From the NCBI RefSeq assembly GCF_009914755.1, contig NC_060938.1: 64,000 nt of DNA. One strand, given 5' to 3'. Origin of the DNA: the human T2T-CHM13v2.0 reference genome, Homo sapiens. This document shows positions 1 to 11,557 of the stretch, piece after piece (within the stretch, counting starts at the first letter, position 1; each line of letters begins with the position of its first letter). The position numbers and the translations under genes are program-made. Under the pieces are notes generated by a model that worked only from the letters and a program-made list of their open reading frames with translations, did not search any database and was not told the DNA's origin.

Positions 1-84
1 ACCTTTTTTTGACACTAAGATCTAGCATATTGGCTAACAAGGAATTGCCCCTCGTTAGTATTTCTGGAGTGAATAAACGAATGA

Positions 85-280
85 TATAGCACTCTGTTGT
101 TTACAAAGCACTTACATATTTGTGGCCTCATTCAAACCTCACAGCAACCTGGTCATGTACTTACTGTCATTATTCCCAGTAGTTGGGGATATGGAAAATG
201 AAGCTCACAGAGGCTCAGTTGGCAAAAGTCACACAGCTAGTAGGAAGCTGGAAAGTCAGGCCTCAAAGCCAGGGCTTCTG
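85..280 (-). mobile_element. MIR SINE, split by an L1M insertion (continues about 714-755)
   Basis: Reverse-complement MIR core (gaaaatgaagctcacagagg...aagtcacacagctag). Confidence 0.7.
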
Positions 281-713
281 TAACTAAAATGTGGACTGTA
301 TACACAATGGAATATTATTCAGCCTTAAAAAGGAAGAAAATTCTGACACATGCTACAACATGAATGAACCATGAGGACATTATGCTAAGTGGAATAAGCC
401 AGTCATAAAAAGACAAACACTGTGTGATTCCACTTATATGGGGTACCTAGAATGGTCAAGTTCATAGACATTGAAAGTACATTGGTAGTTTTCAGGGGCC
501 AGTGGGAGGGGGTAAAGGGAATTAGTTTTAATAGGTAAAGAGTTTCAATTTTGCAAGATGGAAAGTGTGGAAGTGGACAACGGTGGTGGTTGTACAACAT
601 TACGAATGTACTTAATACTACTGAACTGTACACTTAAAGATGGTTATGATGGTACATTTCATGTTATGTGTATTTCATCACAATTCAAGAAAACTGGGAA
701 AACAAAACTAGCA
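281..713 (+). mobile_element. L1MB-type LINE-1 3' end, 5'-truncated, with 12-bp TSD
   Basis: Typical L1M 3' UTR (tacacaatggaatattattcagccttaaaaaggaag...actgaactgtacacttaaa). CCAGGGCTTCTG is repeated at 269-280 and 714-725. Confidence 0.85.
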
Positions 714-1001
714 CCAGGGCTTCTGACTCCAAACTGAGGTTTCTTTCCCACACCCCGTATCACCATCCCCTACAGAGCAGCTATAGTATGCCTCCTCTTC
801 TAAGACACTTTATTTTGTATTGAATTGAAAAGTTTGCAGAACTCACCTCCACTGAAACCCTAGAAGACCCACCTGCTTCTCCTAGAACATTCATCCTGTT
901 GGCCTAAACTCTGGGAAGTCGGAGTCTTTCCAGAGAGTAGGGAATTCTTTGAAAGAGGGCAGATCCTCTGTCTCAAGGAAATCACTGGGGTCAAGTAATG
1001 C

Positions 1002-1248
1002 AATAATTGTGATTGCCAGCCTCAATGACTACTTCTTTTGTGCCAGACACCTTGCTAAGTGCTTTTGCGTATGTTAGTTCTTTATAATGCTTACATCAGT
1101 CCTACCAGGCAAGTAGACTGTCCCCATTTTACAGATGGGGAGGTTAGGGCTCGAAGAGATTGGCTAACATGCCTGAGCTCATGTGTGCAAGAGCCAGGAT
1201 TGTCATCCAAGTCTACCTGACTCTAGAACCTGCCTCTTAACCTCTATC
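1002..1248 (-). mobile_element. MIR SINE
   Basis: ccccattttacagatggggagg core plus both flanking MIR segments. Confidence 0.8.
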
Positions 1249-1724
1249 CTATCTATGGTGGGGGCAGAGAAATTGGAGATGTCTGTGTCTAGAGTGTTTT
1301 CCAACATAGGAATTGACAGATTTCTCTCTCCTCCTGTGACACACTTTTCTCTCTCCTACCAGATGATGGGACATCTCATTTAGGCCAGTTTCTGTTTTGA
1401 TTTCCTGGTGTCCTCTGAGATGCAGATGTGTATTCCTTTCCCTGGTGGGTCGTGCTGCAGTGTGAGAAGGACAGCTTCCATTTCTTTCCCTAGGAAGTTG
1501 ATATATGCATCCTGTTTCCTGGCAGTGCCCATCTGCTATGAGGACTTTCCCAAGGCCCTCACCCTGCCGTGTGGGAGACTACTGCAGGTGCCAACCTCAT
1601 GGCCTAAAGCTGGGAAATATTATTTGGCTGGAAATGCCTTTTGTTTGCAAGGCTTAAACAGGTCAATAGAAGCTCAACTTGTCATTTTCAGTTTACAAGA
1701 GATGTGTCAACAAGCCAGCAGAAA

Positions 1725-2530
1725 CAGTAATAATTTCAATAAGTTTCCTGAATGTTTACTATGTGCCTGGCATTGTGCTGAACAACTTTATATGGATTAT
1801 TTCACTTAATCCTCACAATAGTCATATAAATTAGGGACAATCAGTTCTGTTACAACACTTGTTTTGAAAATGCAAATTTGTTCTAATGCAATTGATGTAT
1901 TAGGGAACATTTTGAGCATAATAATTTCGCTTTTGATTATGCAGGATTTTGTCCATAAGAAACACTAGGTGAAGGCAGAAAACTGCAGCCAGCAGAAGCA
2001 AGCTGTGTAGGAACACTCAAAGTGCACACATCCCAAACTTGTACCAGCAACTTCAGCTAACGTGTGTGTTATGAGTCCCACCCCACAAATGATGTTTCAA
2101 CTTTGTGTCCAATTCCAGGAGATCCTCCTCCTACACTTTACAATGATTCATAAGCTTCCCATTTTCACAGACAAACTTCAGGTCTGTTAAAAGTGCCATA
2201 TTTATTGTAGTACTTACGTACTTCTTAGTGATTTAACATGTATAGAACTGCTTCCTCTATTACGTGTCACTGATGAAGTTTATAGGTGTTGCATCCCAAC
2301 TTCATCTTTCCGGTTAAGCTCTGTGATTTTTACTGTATGATTTTGCACAGCAAAATGACTTTTAGGATTGCATACATGCTTCTGGCAGAACTGGCTTTAC
2401 TACCATTATTCCTGTGTGGCAGAAGAGGACCATGAACCTAAGAAATTTGCCAAAAATATTTTAAGTGACAAGTGGCAAAGCTGGGATTCAAACCCAGGCT
2501 ACCTTACTCCCATGCCTGTTCTCAAAACTT
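1725..2530 (-). mobile_element. MIR SINE interrupted by a Tigger element
   Basis: MIR pieces at about 1725-1840 (tactatgtgcctggcattgtgct...taatcctcacaata) and 2400-2530 (gctgggattcaaacccagg). Confidence 0.65.
1842..2393. mobile_element. Tigger8-like TcMar DNA transposon, non-autonomous
   Basis: Terminal inverted repeats CAGTTCTG...CAGAACTG; the internal sequence matches the Tigger8 consensus as I recall it (aacactaggtgaa.gcagaaaactgc; aaagtgccatatttattgtagta). Confidence 0.7.
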
Positions 2531-3839
2531 CTAAAGCATTTAAAAAAAAAAACAAAACAAAAGGGCTGTCTGCACTGATCTCTGATTATATCTGTAACAA
2601 CCAGATTGCCTCTTCTCGCAACTGTCAAACCCTGTTTCCTCAAGCCAGAGCCACTGCAAGTATGTGAGAGCCCCTGAAGGTGTTTGAGTACAGCAGTGAC
2701 CTGGCCCACAGAAATGCCTACCTTGGTCCTTCCTCTTCCCCTCCTGGCCGCTGCCTGCCCAGGCTGACTGGTGCCTGATATAGCTGCTACTGATGCTCCA
2801 TCTTGCAATCTGGAGTTATTAGCATCAAAGAACAAAAGCAAACAGCACCAGGGCTCTGGGGCTCAGTCCTCTATGAAGGTAGATGAATGGACCCTTATGT
2901 CGGGGATAAAGCTAACACCACCCGGCCTTTTATGGAGACAACTCTTCCTGTGTTTGAAGAGCTCAGACACTGAGAGCCAGAAAGAGCCCTAGAACGAAGG
3001 AAACAACCTCCTCACTGCTGGAAGTTTGCTTTAGTTCTTAACTGAAAAAATTGTTTCTGTGTTTGTTCTTGAAGAAGAAGGGAAAACCTTATGCTCATCT
3101 TTCCTGGGGGCAGGAGTCAATAGGCCACTGGGGAGGTGCAGTCTTTGCCTTTTTTTTTGTTTTTTCTTCTAATGTTATGGCTCAGTGTAATCTTTAGTGG
3201 AAGGCCTGCCCTGCTATTTGAGGGCCTGAGGCAAGACTATACATGGAGGCCAGTGGCCAGCCTCCCTTCTCTCTTTGCTAGCACCAGGAAGGCCCTCATG
3301 CACGTTTATGTGACGCCCCAGCCTGTAGAAGCCCACAACTCCTGCAGACAGCTTCTTCTTGGCCACTTTTTGACACTAGAGTGCACATACCAGTAGGTTG
3401 GTCTGCTTTGAGAGAATGGACCCTGGGAAGAGGCCCATCTAGATTTGGAGCAATTGGGCGAGGAATTCTGGGTACCAGAGCATATTCTATAAGGGTGGGG
3501 CAAGTATTGCTGGCTCTAGGTGGAAACATCTATTTGATCTGTGGACTCTTCAGTTCCTGGGCTGGGATGTGGCTGCAGAAGGAACAGAATGGGCCCCTCT
3601 AAAACATATAGCCCAGGGCAGGGGCTCCAGTTGCTCAGGCCTACGGCATTACTGCATTTTACCCCTTTCCTCTGTCCCTTGAAATACCTTTTTCTTACTT
3701 CTGTGAGATGCCCAATATTCTCATACCTAATTTGTAGCTCCATGGGTTAGATGGTTTCTGTCCTGGTTTGCTCTTACATTCAAAAATATAGTTTGACCCT
3801 TACCTGATGTGCTGCTGAGTCTGAGAGGTATAATCATAG

Positions 3840-4180
3840 TGCAACCTCTCTAGGTCTTAGTTTCCTTATCTGTAAAATAGGATGAATACCGTTTCTACCT
3901 GTTAGGGTTTTAATGAAGATTAAATAAGATGATGCATATGACCTAGGGGAGGATGCCAATTCCCTTAAATCAATCTTATCTGGCTGTAAACTGTCTTTTC
4001 TTCGGCAATTTACCCCCACTTTTTGTCTATTAAAAAAATCAATATACACATATGTATACACGCATATTTGCATAGATATTTCCTCAGGCCAGTCCTGGGG
4101 CCCAGTGCTGCTTCCCCATACACAGACCCCATCCTGTATAACAGCACACAGAGAATGCTTAATAAATATGAGCTTTATTA
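3840..4180 (+). mobile_element. MIR SINE interrupted by a ~200-bp inverted duplicate of nearby DNA
   Basis: MIR core agtttccttatctgtaaaat at about 3859; the MIR tail (aacagcac...gcttaataaatatgagc) resumes at about 4140. Confidence 0.7.
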
Positions 4181-4858
4181 GGATTAATATTGCTTTTATC
4201 CCATTTTGTCCTCACGTTCACCCTCTGATGGGCTGATACTGCCAGAATGGTAATTGACAGAAAGGGGAATCCACAGCTGGATGTCCAGGATTCAGGTTCT
4301 GGCTCCACAGGCTGTGTGACTTTTGGCCAGTTACCTAAGCTTTCTGTGCCTCAGTTTCCTTATCTGTAAAATGAGTGTGGTAATAGTTCCTACCTCATCG
4401 GGTTGTTGTGAGGCACTTAGAACAGTGCCTAGCACATAGACAGCCCTCAGTCAATGTCAGCTGGTGATTTTATTACCTTCATATATGAGAGGATAAGAGT
4501 ATTATAAAAATCAACCCCAAACCCTTCCTCTTGTCACACAGAAGGAAGGCAGACAGACACAGAAGGGACGCAGCTGCAGGTGTTTCTGACTCCTTGCCTT
4601 GCTGCCTCCCCATTTCTGAGGGTCTCATCTATACAGCTCCCTCTGCCTGTGGATGCTCCTGTTAGACCAGCTGGGGTCTGTGTATGGAGGAGCAGCCTAG
4701 AGCCCCAGGACTGGCCAGAGGAAATACATAGGTAAATATGTGTGTATACATATGTGTGTATCAACTTTTAATAGACAAAAAGTGGGGGCAGATTGCAGAA
4801 GAAAAGGCAGTTGACAAACCAGGTAAGATTGATCTAGGGGTGGTGGCATTTTCCCCTG
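3943..4858. repeat. Inverted repeat pair, ~200-bp arms (about 3943-4145 and 4655-4858)
   Basis: Direct alignment, e.g. cccccactttttgtctattaaaa vs ttttaatagacaaaaagtggggg, and ggccagtcctgggg vs ccccaggactggcc. Roughly 75-80% identity by eye. Confidence 0.92.
4285..4470 (+). mobile_element. MIR SINE
   Basis: ctgtgtgac...tgtgcctcagtttccttatctgtaaaatg...acttagaacagtgcctagcacatag. Confidence 0.85.
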
Positions 4859-5258
4859 TGCCAGCACACTTCTTCAGCTACCTCCTGCTGTTTTATTTTC
4901 TCATACTGATGGGCCTGTAGTTTTCCAGAGCGCCACTGCATTTAAATCTGTATTCTATTTTCTCTCCTAGAAAATAGGTCAGACTCAAGGCAGAGTTCAC
5001 CAGGTGGGGTCCCAGAAGGTTTGACTGGGACTCGCCTACAGGAGGCTGGCTGTGCAGCCTGTCCCATGCTCCCCAGAGCTCTTCCAGAGGCATGGGGGAG
5101 TTGAAGTAGCAAGTCAGGAGAATCTTGGACTCATACCTGTCCGTCCAAATGATCTAGTACAAATGAAGAGTGAGGTGGGAGGACTACCCCGGCTGAGCTA
5201 GCTTCTGCAAGTGCAATAGTGGTGAATGATGGGCCCTTTCTTTTCCTCCCAATGGTTA

Positions 5259-5630
5259 TGTATTAGTCTGTTCTCATGCTTCTGTGAAGGAATGCCTGAG
5301 ACTGGGTAATTTATAAAGAAAAGAGGTTTGATTGACTCTCAGTTCTGCAGGGCTGGGGAGGCCTTAGGAAACTTACAATCGTGGCAGAAGGGGAAGCAAA
5401 CATGTCCTTCACATGGTGGCAGGAAGGAGAAGTGCTGAGCAAAAGGGGGAAAAGCCCCTTATAAAGCCATCAGATCTTGTGAGAACTTATTCACTACCAC
5501 AAGAACAGCATGAGTGTAACTGCCCCCATGATTAAATTATCTCCCACTGGGTCCCTCCCATGACTTGTGGGGATTACGGGAACTACAATTCAAGATGAGA
5601 TTTGGATGGGGACACAGCAAAACCGTATCA
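5259..5630 (-). mobile_element. THE1 (THE1C/D-like) MaLR solo LTR with 5-bp TSD GGTTA
   Basis: TG...CA termini (tgtattagtc...aaaccgtatca); GGTTA at 5254-5258 and 5631-5635. Confidence 0.93.
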
Positions 5631-6079
5631 GGTTAGAAGAACCAGGTTCCCCAAACTGCAGAAAATTGTTTCCCTTGGACTTGAGGATGACCATGCTGAG
5701 CATATGCACTTGTGGCTGAAGTTATTGTTGAATATGCAGTAAGTGTCCATGGGATTCAGAGTGGAGGCAGGAATACCCTAATTTCCTTCTTGCCTGGTTG
5801 TGATGCTGAAGAGAGTGGGTGAAAGACGGAAGTGGGTTTCCAATTCTTTCTTTCCTGTTTTGTTCCTACTGTTTAGAGCATGGAGATCCTAAGGGAGGTG
5901 GCTGCAACTGGGACAGAGCTAGTTTTCATCAGGATTACTTTTTCCCCCTGAATATTTCTTGAGTACCTGTTACCTACTGAGGACGTGTGTGAATGGTAGA
6001 GCTAGGAAGGTGGGAGTAATGTGAGCCAGTCCTCAGTTTTTCTATCATAACTTAGAAATAACTAACTGAACAGGTACAG

Positions 6080-6418
6080 CCTAGATCTTTTGCATTTGCT
6101 ATTCCCCTGCCTAAGTAGTCTTTGTCAGGTATACAGAAGAGTGTTTCTCACCTTCTTCAGGTATCAGCTCAAATACTACTTCCTCAGAAAGACCTCTTTA
6201 ACTACCTTCTCTAAAATGGGGATACTCTGCTGGCACTTACTCTACTTTTCCTTTCTTCATGGCTCCAATCACTATTTGACATTATGTATCTGTTTTTATT
6301 CCCATTAAAACCCAAGAGTATTGTCTGTTTCATTCACTGCTTGTATCTCCAATGTTTAAAGCAGAGTTCAGCCTATGATAGATGCTCGGCCAATAGGTAT
6401 TGAATGGTGAATAGATGA
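6080..6418 (+). mobile_element. L2 LINE 3' end
   Basis: tcagctcaaat...cttcctcagaaagacct...gatgctc...tattgaatg tail. Confidence 0.75.
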
Positions 6419-6604
6419 TCTTCATTGATAAAACTCGCAGAAATACTTTTAGTATCTCCATTTATACATGATAAGTTTGAGGCTCAGAGAAGCTAAGGCA
6501 GTTGCCTCTAGATGAGGGGGTAGAGCTAGGATTTGGTTCTAGATCATCTTAATCCCCTTATTAAGAAAAGCTGTTTTCTTCTATGCTCCCCATATTTTTA
6601 GGTA

Positions 6605-6945
6605 AGCTGTCTTCACATGGTAACAAAAATGGAATATGGCAGCTCTAGAGAAATGAAAGCACCCCATTTCCTGATAATTCCAGTAAAATTCTCTGGGAAG
6701 ACTCTCATTGGTTGGGCTTGGGTCATAGGTCTGTTCCTGAGCCAATTATTGGAAATAGAATATTCTCAAGACCTGGACTGAGTCACATGACTACTACCCT
6801 TGGAGCTCAAGTGGGAGTGGGGGTCACCTCTAGCAAACCACGTGGGCTAAGGCTGGGAAGGGGGCTTTCCCTGGAAAACAGCTGAGGACTGCTACAAGAA
6901 GAAGAGGAAAGGGATGCTGGATAGACAGTCTGGCAGATAGACACT
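6605..6945 (-). mobile_element. MLT1 (J/K-like) MaLR LTR fragment
   Basis: ctctcattggttgggcttgggtcat...gagccaat...aagggatgctgg, as in old MLT1 LTRs. Confidence 0.6.
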
Positions 6946-7544
6946 GCTAAGGTTTTGATCCTTACCTGCTAGCCATCCCCCTCCTTCGTCTACCTCTTAC
7001 CTTTGCCATTTCGTTCTGTCAATCAGAATTGAGTCCAGAGATTCAGGTCACTCACTGCTTCTTGGGCCAGGGGCCAGGTGATAATGTGTCTCTATTCCTA
7101 AAGTTGGAATAATGCTCAGACCTGCCTCCAGGTCAGTGCCACAGTTAGGAACTGAGCTTGGACCTTGATCCCCAGCCAGAAGATTTTGTTCATTTGTTTG
7201 TTTTTGGTGGGATTGTTGCCCCTCTTTGACAAGAATAGGTGCAGTATTTTTACATACAGGACTAGAACTATGCCAAATTGAGACTTGAGGAGGGAAAACA
7301 AAAGAAATAAGGATGGAATTTGTTTTGATCCTTGCTTCTGTTCGCCCCCTCACTTCACACTGAGGAATGGGGTGGGAAAGAACCAGAGGGAGGGGAGATC
7401 GGGAGCAGATGTCCTTATTCATAAGTAGAAAAGTGGAACCAAAATCACTGGCTTCATTCCTGTGATCTCTTGGTGTTTCCAGTGAGCCATCTGGTCAATA
7501 TTTTTTGATATTTCCGTCTGTGGTAATTCAAAGTGATGACAATC

Positions 7545-7770
7545 AGAGTCACTAACGTTATGTAGCATTGTACTTAGTTCAGTGCTTTACAAGCATTTAA
7601 TCTCATTTAATTCTCATAACACCCCCATGAGGGAGGCTCTGATATCATTCTCATTTTATAGCCAAGGAAGATGACTCTTAGAAGTTAAATGATGGGTCCA
7701 AGGCCACAGAGAGGCTGGGATTTGAACCCAGACCTGTCCGCCTCTGAAATTTAAGATTGTAATCACATCC
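7545..7770 (-). mobile_element. MIR SINE
   Basis: tctcatttaattctcataac...ctcattttatag...ctgggatttgaacccag. Confidence 0.75.
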
Positions 7771-8499
7771 CCAAATGGGCAAGTAACCAGTATCGAAAAA
7801 CCTTTGGAGTTCCAAGGAATTCTGTCTCCCTGTGACTTGGTGTCCCCAAGGAGCCTATTTGTATGAACAATGGTGTTGACATTCTTCTGCCACAGAACTC
7901 GGCCACATGTAAATAGTTTGATATCCTGTTTAATTAAGGGGTATTTTAACATCTATTCCAGGCAATCCATCAGTAACAGTTAATGGACCCGCCTAGTTAT
8001 TTATACAACACTTTTTCCCTTTCCACCTCTTCTCTTCTTCCTGCCATTCATCCCTAAATCTAACACACTAGAAAACCTGAAGGGGCGGTGTGGCTGAGGC
8101 ATGATTCAGAGCTTTCTAGAAGTTTCTTTGGGCAGATACAGCTTCTAGGGGAGGCAGGGTGGGGGCTAGAGAAGTGCTCAGCTGTTGCTATGGGTATGTT
8201 CATTCTGGGGCACAGCTTAGTTGGTCAGCACCTGGATTTCCTGGGGCAAGGGCCCTAAGGACACACTGGAGCTTTACAAATCTGATTGCAGGTGTTTCAT
8301 TATCGGTTGGCATGAAGAACATTACCCATCCTGTTCAGGCAGCAAATTAGAGGCACAGAGAATAAACCATGACCCACTCATAGGGCAGGTGGGAGACGCT
8401 CACCCAGCTTCCCCATGGCTTCAGCATGATCACTTTAATCTGCAAACCAAATTCAGGTCCTGTATGCTCTTGAGGGACCTAGGCTTCAGTTGAATGAAT

Positions 8500-8675
8500 G
8501 ATGGACTAGGTGGTATGCAAGAGATCTAGGATATTTTCTAGTCTGTGCCCCTGAAGTAGCTGTGTGACCTTATATAAGTCTCTCTACTTTTTCATCCTCC
8601 ATCTTAACAAAAAAGAACTAAACTAGGTACTTAGTGTCTGTGGCTACTCCAGATCCACCATTCAGTGATTCTAAG
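8500..8675 (+). mobile_element. MIR/MIR3 SINE, degraded
   Basis: agctgtgtgacctt and the MIR3-type tail ccattcagtgattcta. Confidence 0.5.
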
Positions 8676-9698
8676 TGAGCTATCCAAGACTGCCAGGTTG
8701 GTCATTGTTTCCTGAAGCAGCCCCTTGTTCCTTCTCCTCTGCTGTGGTATATCCTCTCAGGTTGGGTCTAGGGGTTTTAACAGTGCCTTGGGCTGCTCTG
8801 GGTTATGCTTCCCCAGCCCGATTCTATTTCACATCTGAGGGAAGGAGGAGGAGATTATGTTGTTCATGGGGCTGATAGGAGCGAACCGTTCTTCATTTTC
8901 TGAAAGTTCATTGGCTTAATTCAAATGTCAACCTGTCTAGGGTTGGGTGTTTATTCGTAGTTGTCAAAAGTGATTTCAAGTGGCAATTTCTGTCATTAGT
9001 GTTAGGGTGAAAAGCAAGGAAAAAAATTAAAGTAGGAGGCAGGATTTCAATTTGTTTGATGAATGATCTACTCACACACAATCTCATGCACACACACTGC
9101 TGTCTGTGATGAAGCGTGGTCACTGGGTGTACTGGGGAGGCGGGGAATTGTAAATATTTTGTGACCTTATGTCCTTCAGTCCTATGTGGTGAATAAATCT
9201 GTAACTTGCTCTTAATTCTTATGCCTCTTTTGCTTTGTTTCTCAAGGGAGTGGTTCATTTTTACTTTTTCTCTCTGCTGGGAAACCTTGCTTGACTTCAT
9301 GTCCAGTGTTTGGTATCCAAAGACGGGGAGGAGGAGGATTTGCTTTGGTGTCAGTGTGCAGAAATCAACCAGAATATTTTAACCAATATTCTTGCAGGAT
9401 TCCAGTCTGCTTGGCTCTTTGAAGCCCTATCTGATTCCAGGATGATGTCTTTCCGGACAGATGTGAAGCTTACCTCTCTTGCTACATGCAAAGTGAAAAG
9501 GGAGCTTGGCCCCTCGGCTTGCATGGGTGGTTTTTGGGTGAAGGTAGAACTAAGTGCTCAGAAGCTGAGTACCTCTGGGGCTTGCATGAACTTGATAGTC
9601 ATGCAAGAGCACATTGCATTGTGTGTGTGTGTGCTGCTAACACTCTTCTTCCTTTTTCTCCCCTTTTCTCTCCTCTCTCCCTTTCCCTCCCTTTGAAA

Positions 9699-9728
9699 AT
9701 GCTGCCACAGATGTCAGTCAAGATCCAG
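9699..9728 (+). CDS. Candidate alternative first exon 3' end encoding MLPQMSVKIQ (may act as a uORF)
   Basis: ATG with A at -3 (gaaaATG), ten codons, then a perfect donor CAG|GTGAGT at 9729. It lies in a ~1-kb repeat-free island and is preceded by a pyrimidine-rich, AG-free leader. Confidence 0.45.
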
Positions 9729-10569
9729 GTGAGTCTTTGTGTTTGCACAGCTGCTGTGGGAATTTCCCCTCTGCTAGATTGTGCATGGTTTGAGTCTGAG
9801 TGAGACTTTTATAGAGACAAAATTCTAAGTGTATTGCATTTTCACTGATCTAGGTTTAGAAGAAGAAATGCATTGAATTAATGGATTTGTATTGGTTTTG
9901 AAGAACCATTTTAAAGCCAAAGGAATATGGTTCTCATACTTAATATAATCACTTCCTTCTCATTAGTATTTCTGGGTGATTCAGAAAATGAACATTTTTG
10001 GGAAAGTATTTGTAAAGTTGTTCTTAGATATGTATTCTCCAATTTAATGAACAACGTTAGCTTTGTCTTTCACACATCTGCTTATCTTCTCTAGCTTCAT
10101 GTGGTTGAAAGCAGAAGATATGACATACATAGCATGGAAAATGTGATGTGGGTGAAAGGAGGTTTCTTTCTTTTTATTCTCAGAAATGTCTTTTTCACAA
10201 TGAAACCAGCAATATTTATTGTTTTTCCTGGTTATGTAAATAATACATGCTCACTGTGGAGAAAAAAAGCAGGATGGTTTGAATAAATGGTTTTTGTCAA
10301 TGGAAAAATTAAAGAACCACGTTTATAATAATTATGCATTTCTCTTTTTAAAGTGTGTCTTCATCCAGAGTCCTGGTTTTAAGCATTGCGTGTGTATAGA
10401 CAAATATATATGCACACACACATACATAGAATCATGTGAACTGATGCAGGCATTTATGGATAAGTGTCAGATGACTTAGAATGGTTTGGAGACTATTCTG
10501 AACTGGCTAGAACTTTGAGTTAAAAAGAATAATTAACTTGACCAAATAGGAAGGGAGCATCATTTCAGG

Positions 10570-10770
10570 TGTTTTCACATGTTTTCTTGTTTAGTCCTTT
10601 TAATATTTAATTTTTATAGCATTAATACGAGATAAGTATCATTATATTCATTTTAATGTACAGGAAATTTAGGGCCTGTTAGGTTAAGCAGTTTTGCCCA
10701 CGATCATAGAGCTTGTCAGTGGTAGCACTGGGATTTGAACTTCTGACTCTCCATTGGAACATGCTGGGAC
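10570..10770 (-). mobile_element. MIR SINE
   Basis: aggttaagcagttttgccca...ggatttgaac. Confidence 0.6.
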
Positions 10771-11152
10771 CTGTAAGTGAAAATTCTCAGTGATTAAAGA
10801 TTTTGTAAGTATTTCCTAATGAGACTATTGATTATTTGTTTGTTTTTGCTTAGAGATACTTGACATTTTCTTTATTAGCAGCCTTCTTTCCAAATGAATT
10901 TATCTTTTTATTGTTCTTAAATGTCTAAAATAATCAACCAGACTTAAGTAGGGTTCTTCTGATCATTGTTCTGTGTGGGATCTTACACAACATAAAAGTA
11001 GAATACAGTTATTCTACTTAATGCAGAGAGTTTCTCTCCATTTCTTCCTGCCTGCTCCCTACCTTTGAAAATAATTGGTGTTTGAACCAAAGCCCAGGAC
11101 AGCATTTCCTAGGAAGATGCCATTAAGTTTATTATTTCTATTTAATAATATT

Positions 11153-11557
11153 TTAGTTCAATCGCTCAGTCAACAAATATTTATGTTCCAGGAACTGTTC
11201 TAGGCCATGGGGACAAAACAGTGAACAAAACAGAAGACATTCAGTGCCCTCATGGACCTTTTATTTTAGACAGAGGCAGACAATGATCTAAAATGTACAC
11301 GCAGACACACACATATCTATGTATATATACATATGCTTTATATGCATACATATATACACACGTATATGCATGTTTTGTATATGCATGTTATGTATATATT
11401 ACATATGTATAGTATCAGGGGGTGGATGGGAAGTGCTGTGGAGAAAATTGAAGCAGGATAGAGGAGAAGTCCCTAATTTACAATAGGTAGTCAGGGAAGT
11501 ACCCTCTGATAAGATGATATTTGCTGGGAAACCTCAAGGAAGCGAGGGAGTAAGTCC
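11153..11557 (-). mobile_element. L2 LINE 3' end containing a (TA/CA/TATG)n simple repeat
   Basis: tcaacaaatattta...ctgttctaggc...gccctcatggac...tcagggaag. Confidence 0.75.
11295..11412. repeat. Degenerate (TA)/(CA)/(TATG) low-complexity repeat
   Basis: Alternating purine-pyrimidine tract. Confidence 0.8.

Noticed and set aside
1408-1809. 133-aa ORF
   Set aside because: It starts at GTG, runs into a MIR, and has no coding-like features.
3834-4920. Two similar peptides on opposite strands (3834-4073 and 4738-4920), suggesting paralogous small genes
   Set aside because: The similarity follows from the DNA inverted repeat; the frames are not preserved between copies.
9105-9200. GTGATGA as a possible C/D snoRNA box C
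   Set aside because: No box D (CTGA) or terminal stem at a suitable distance.
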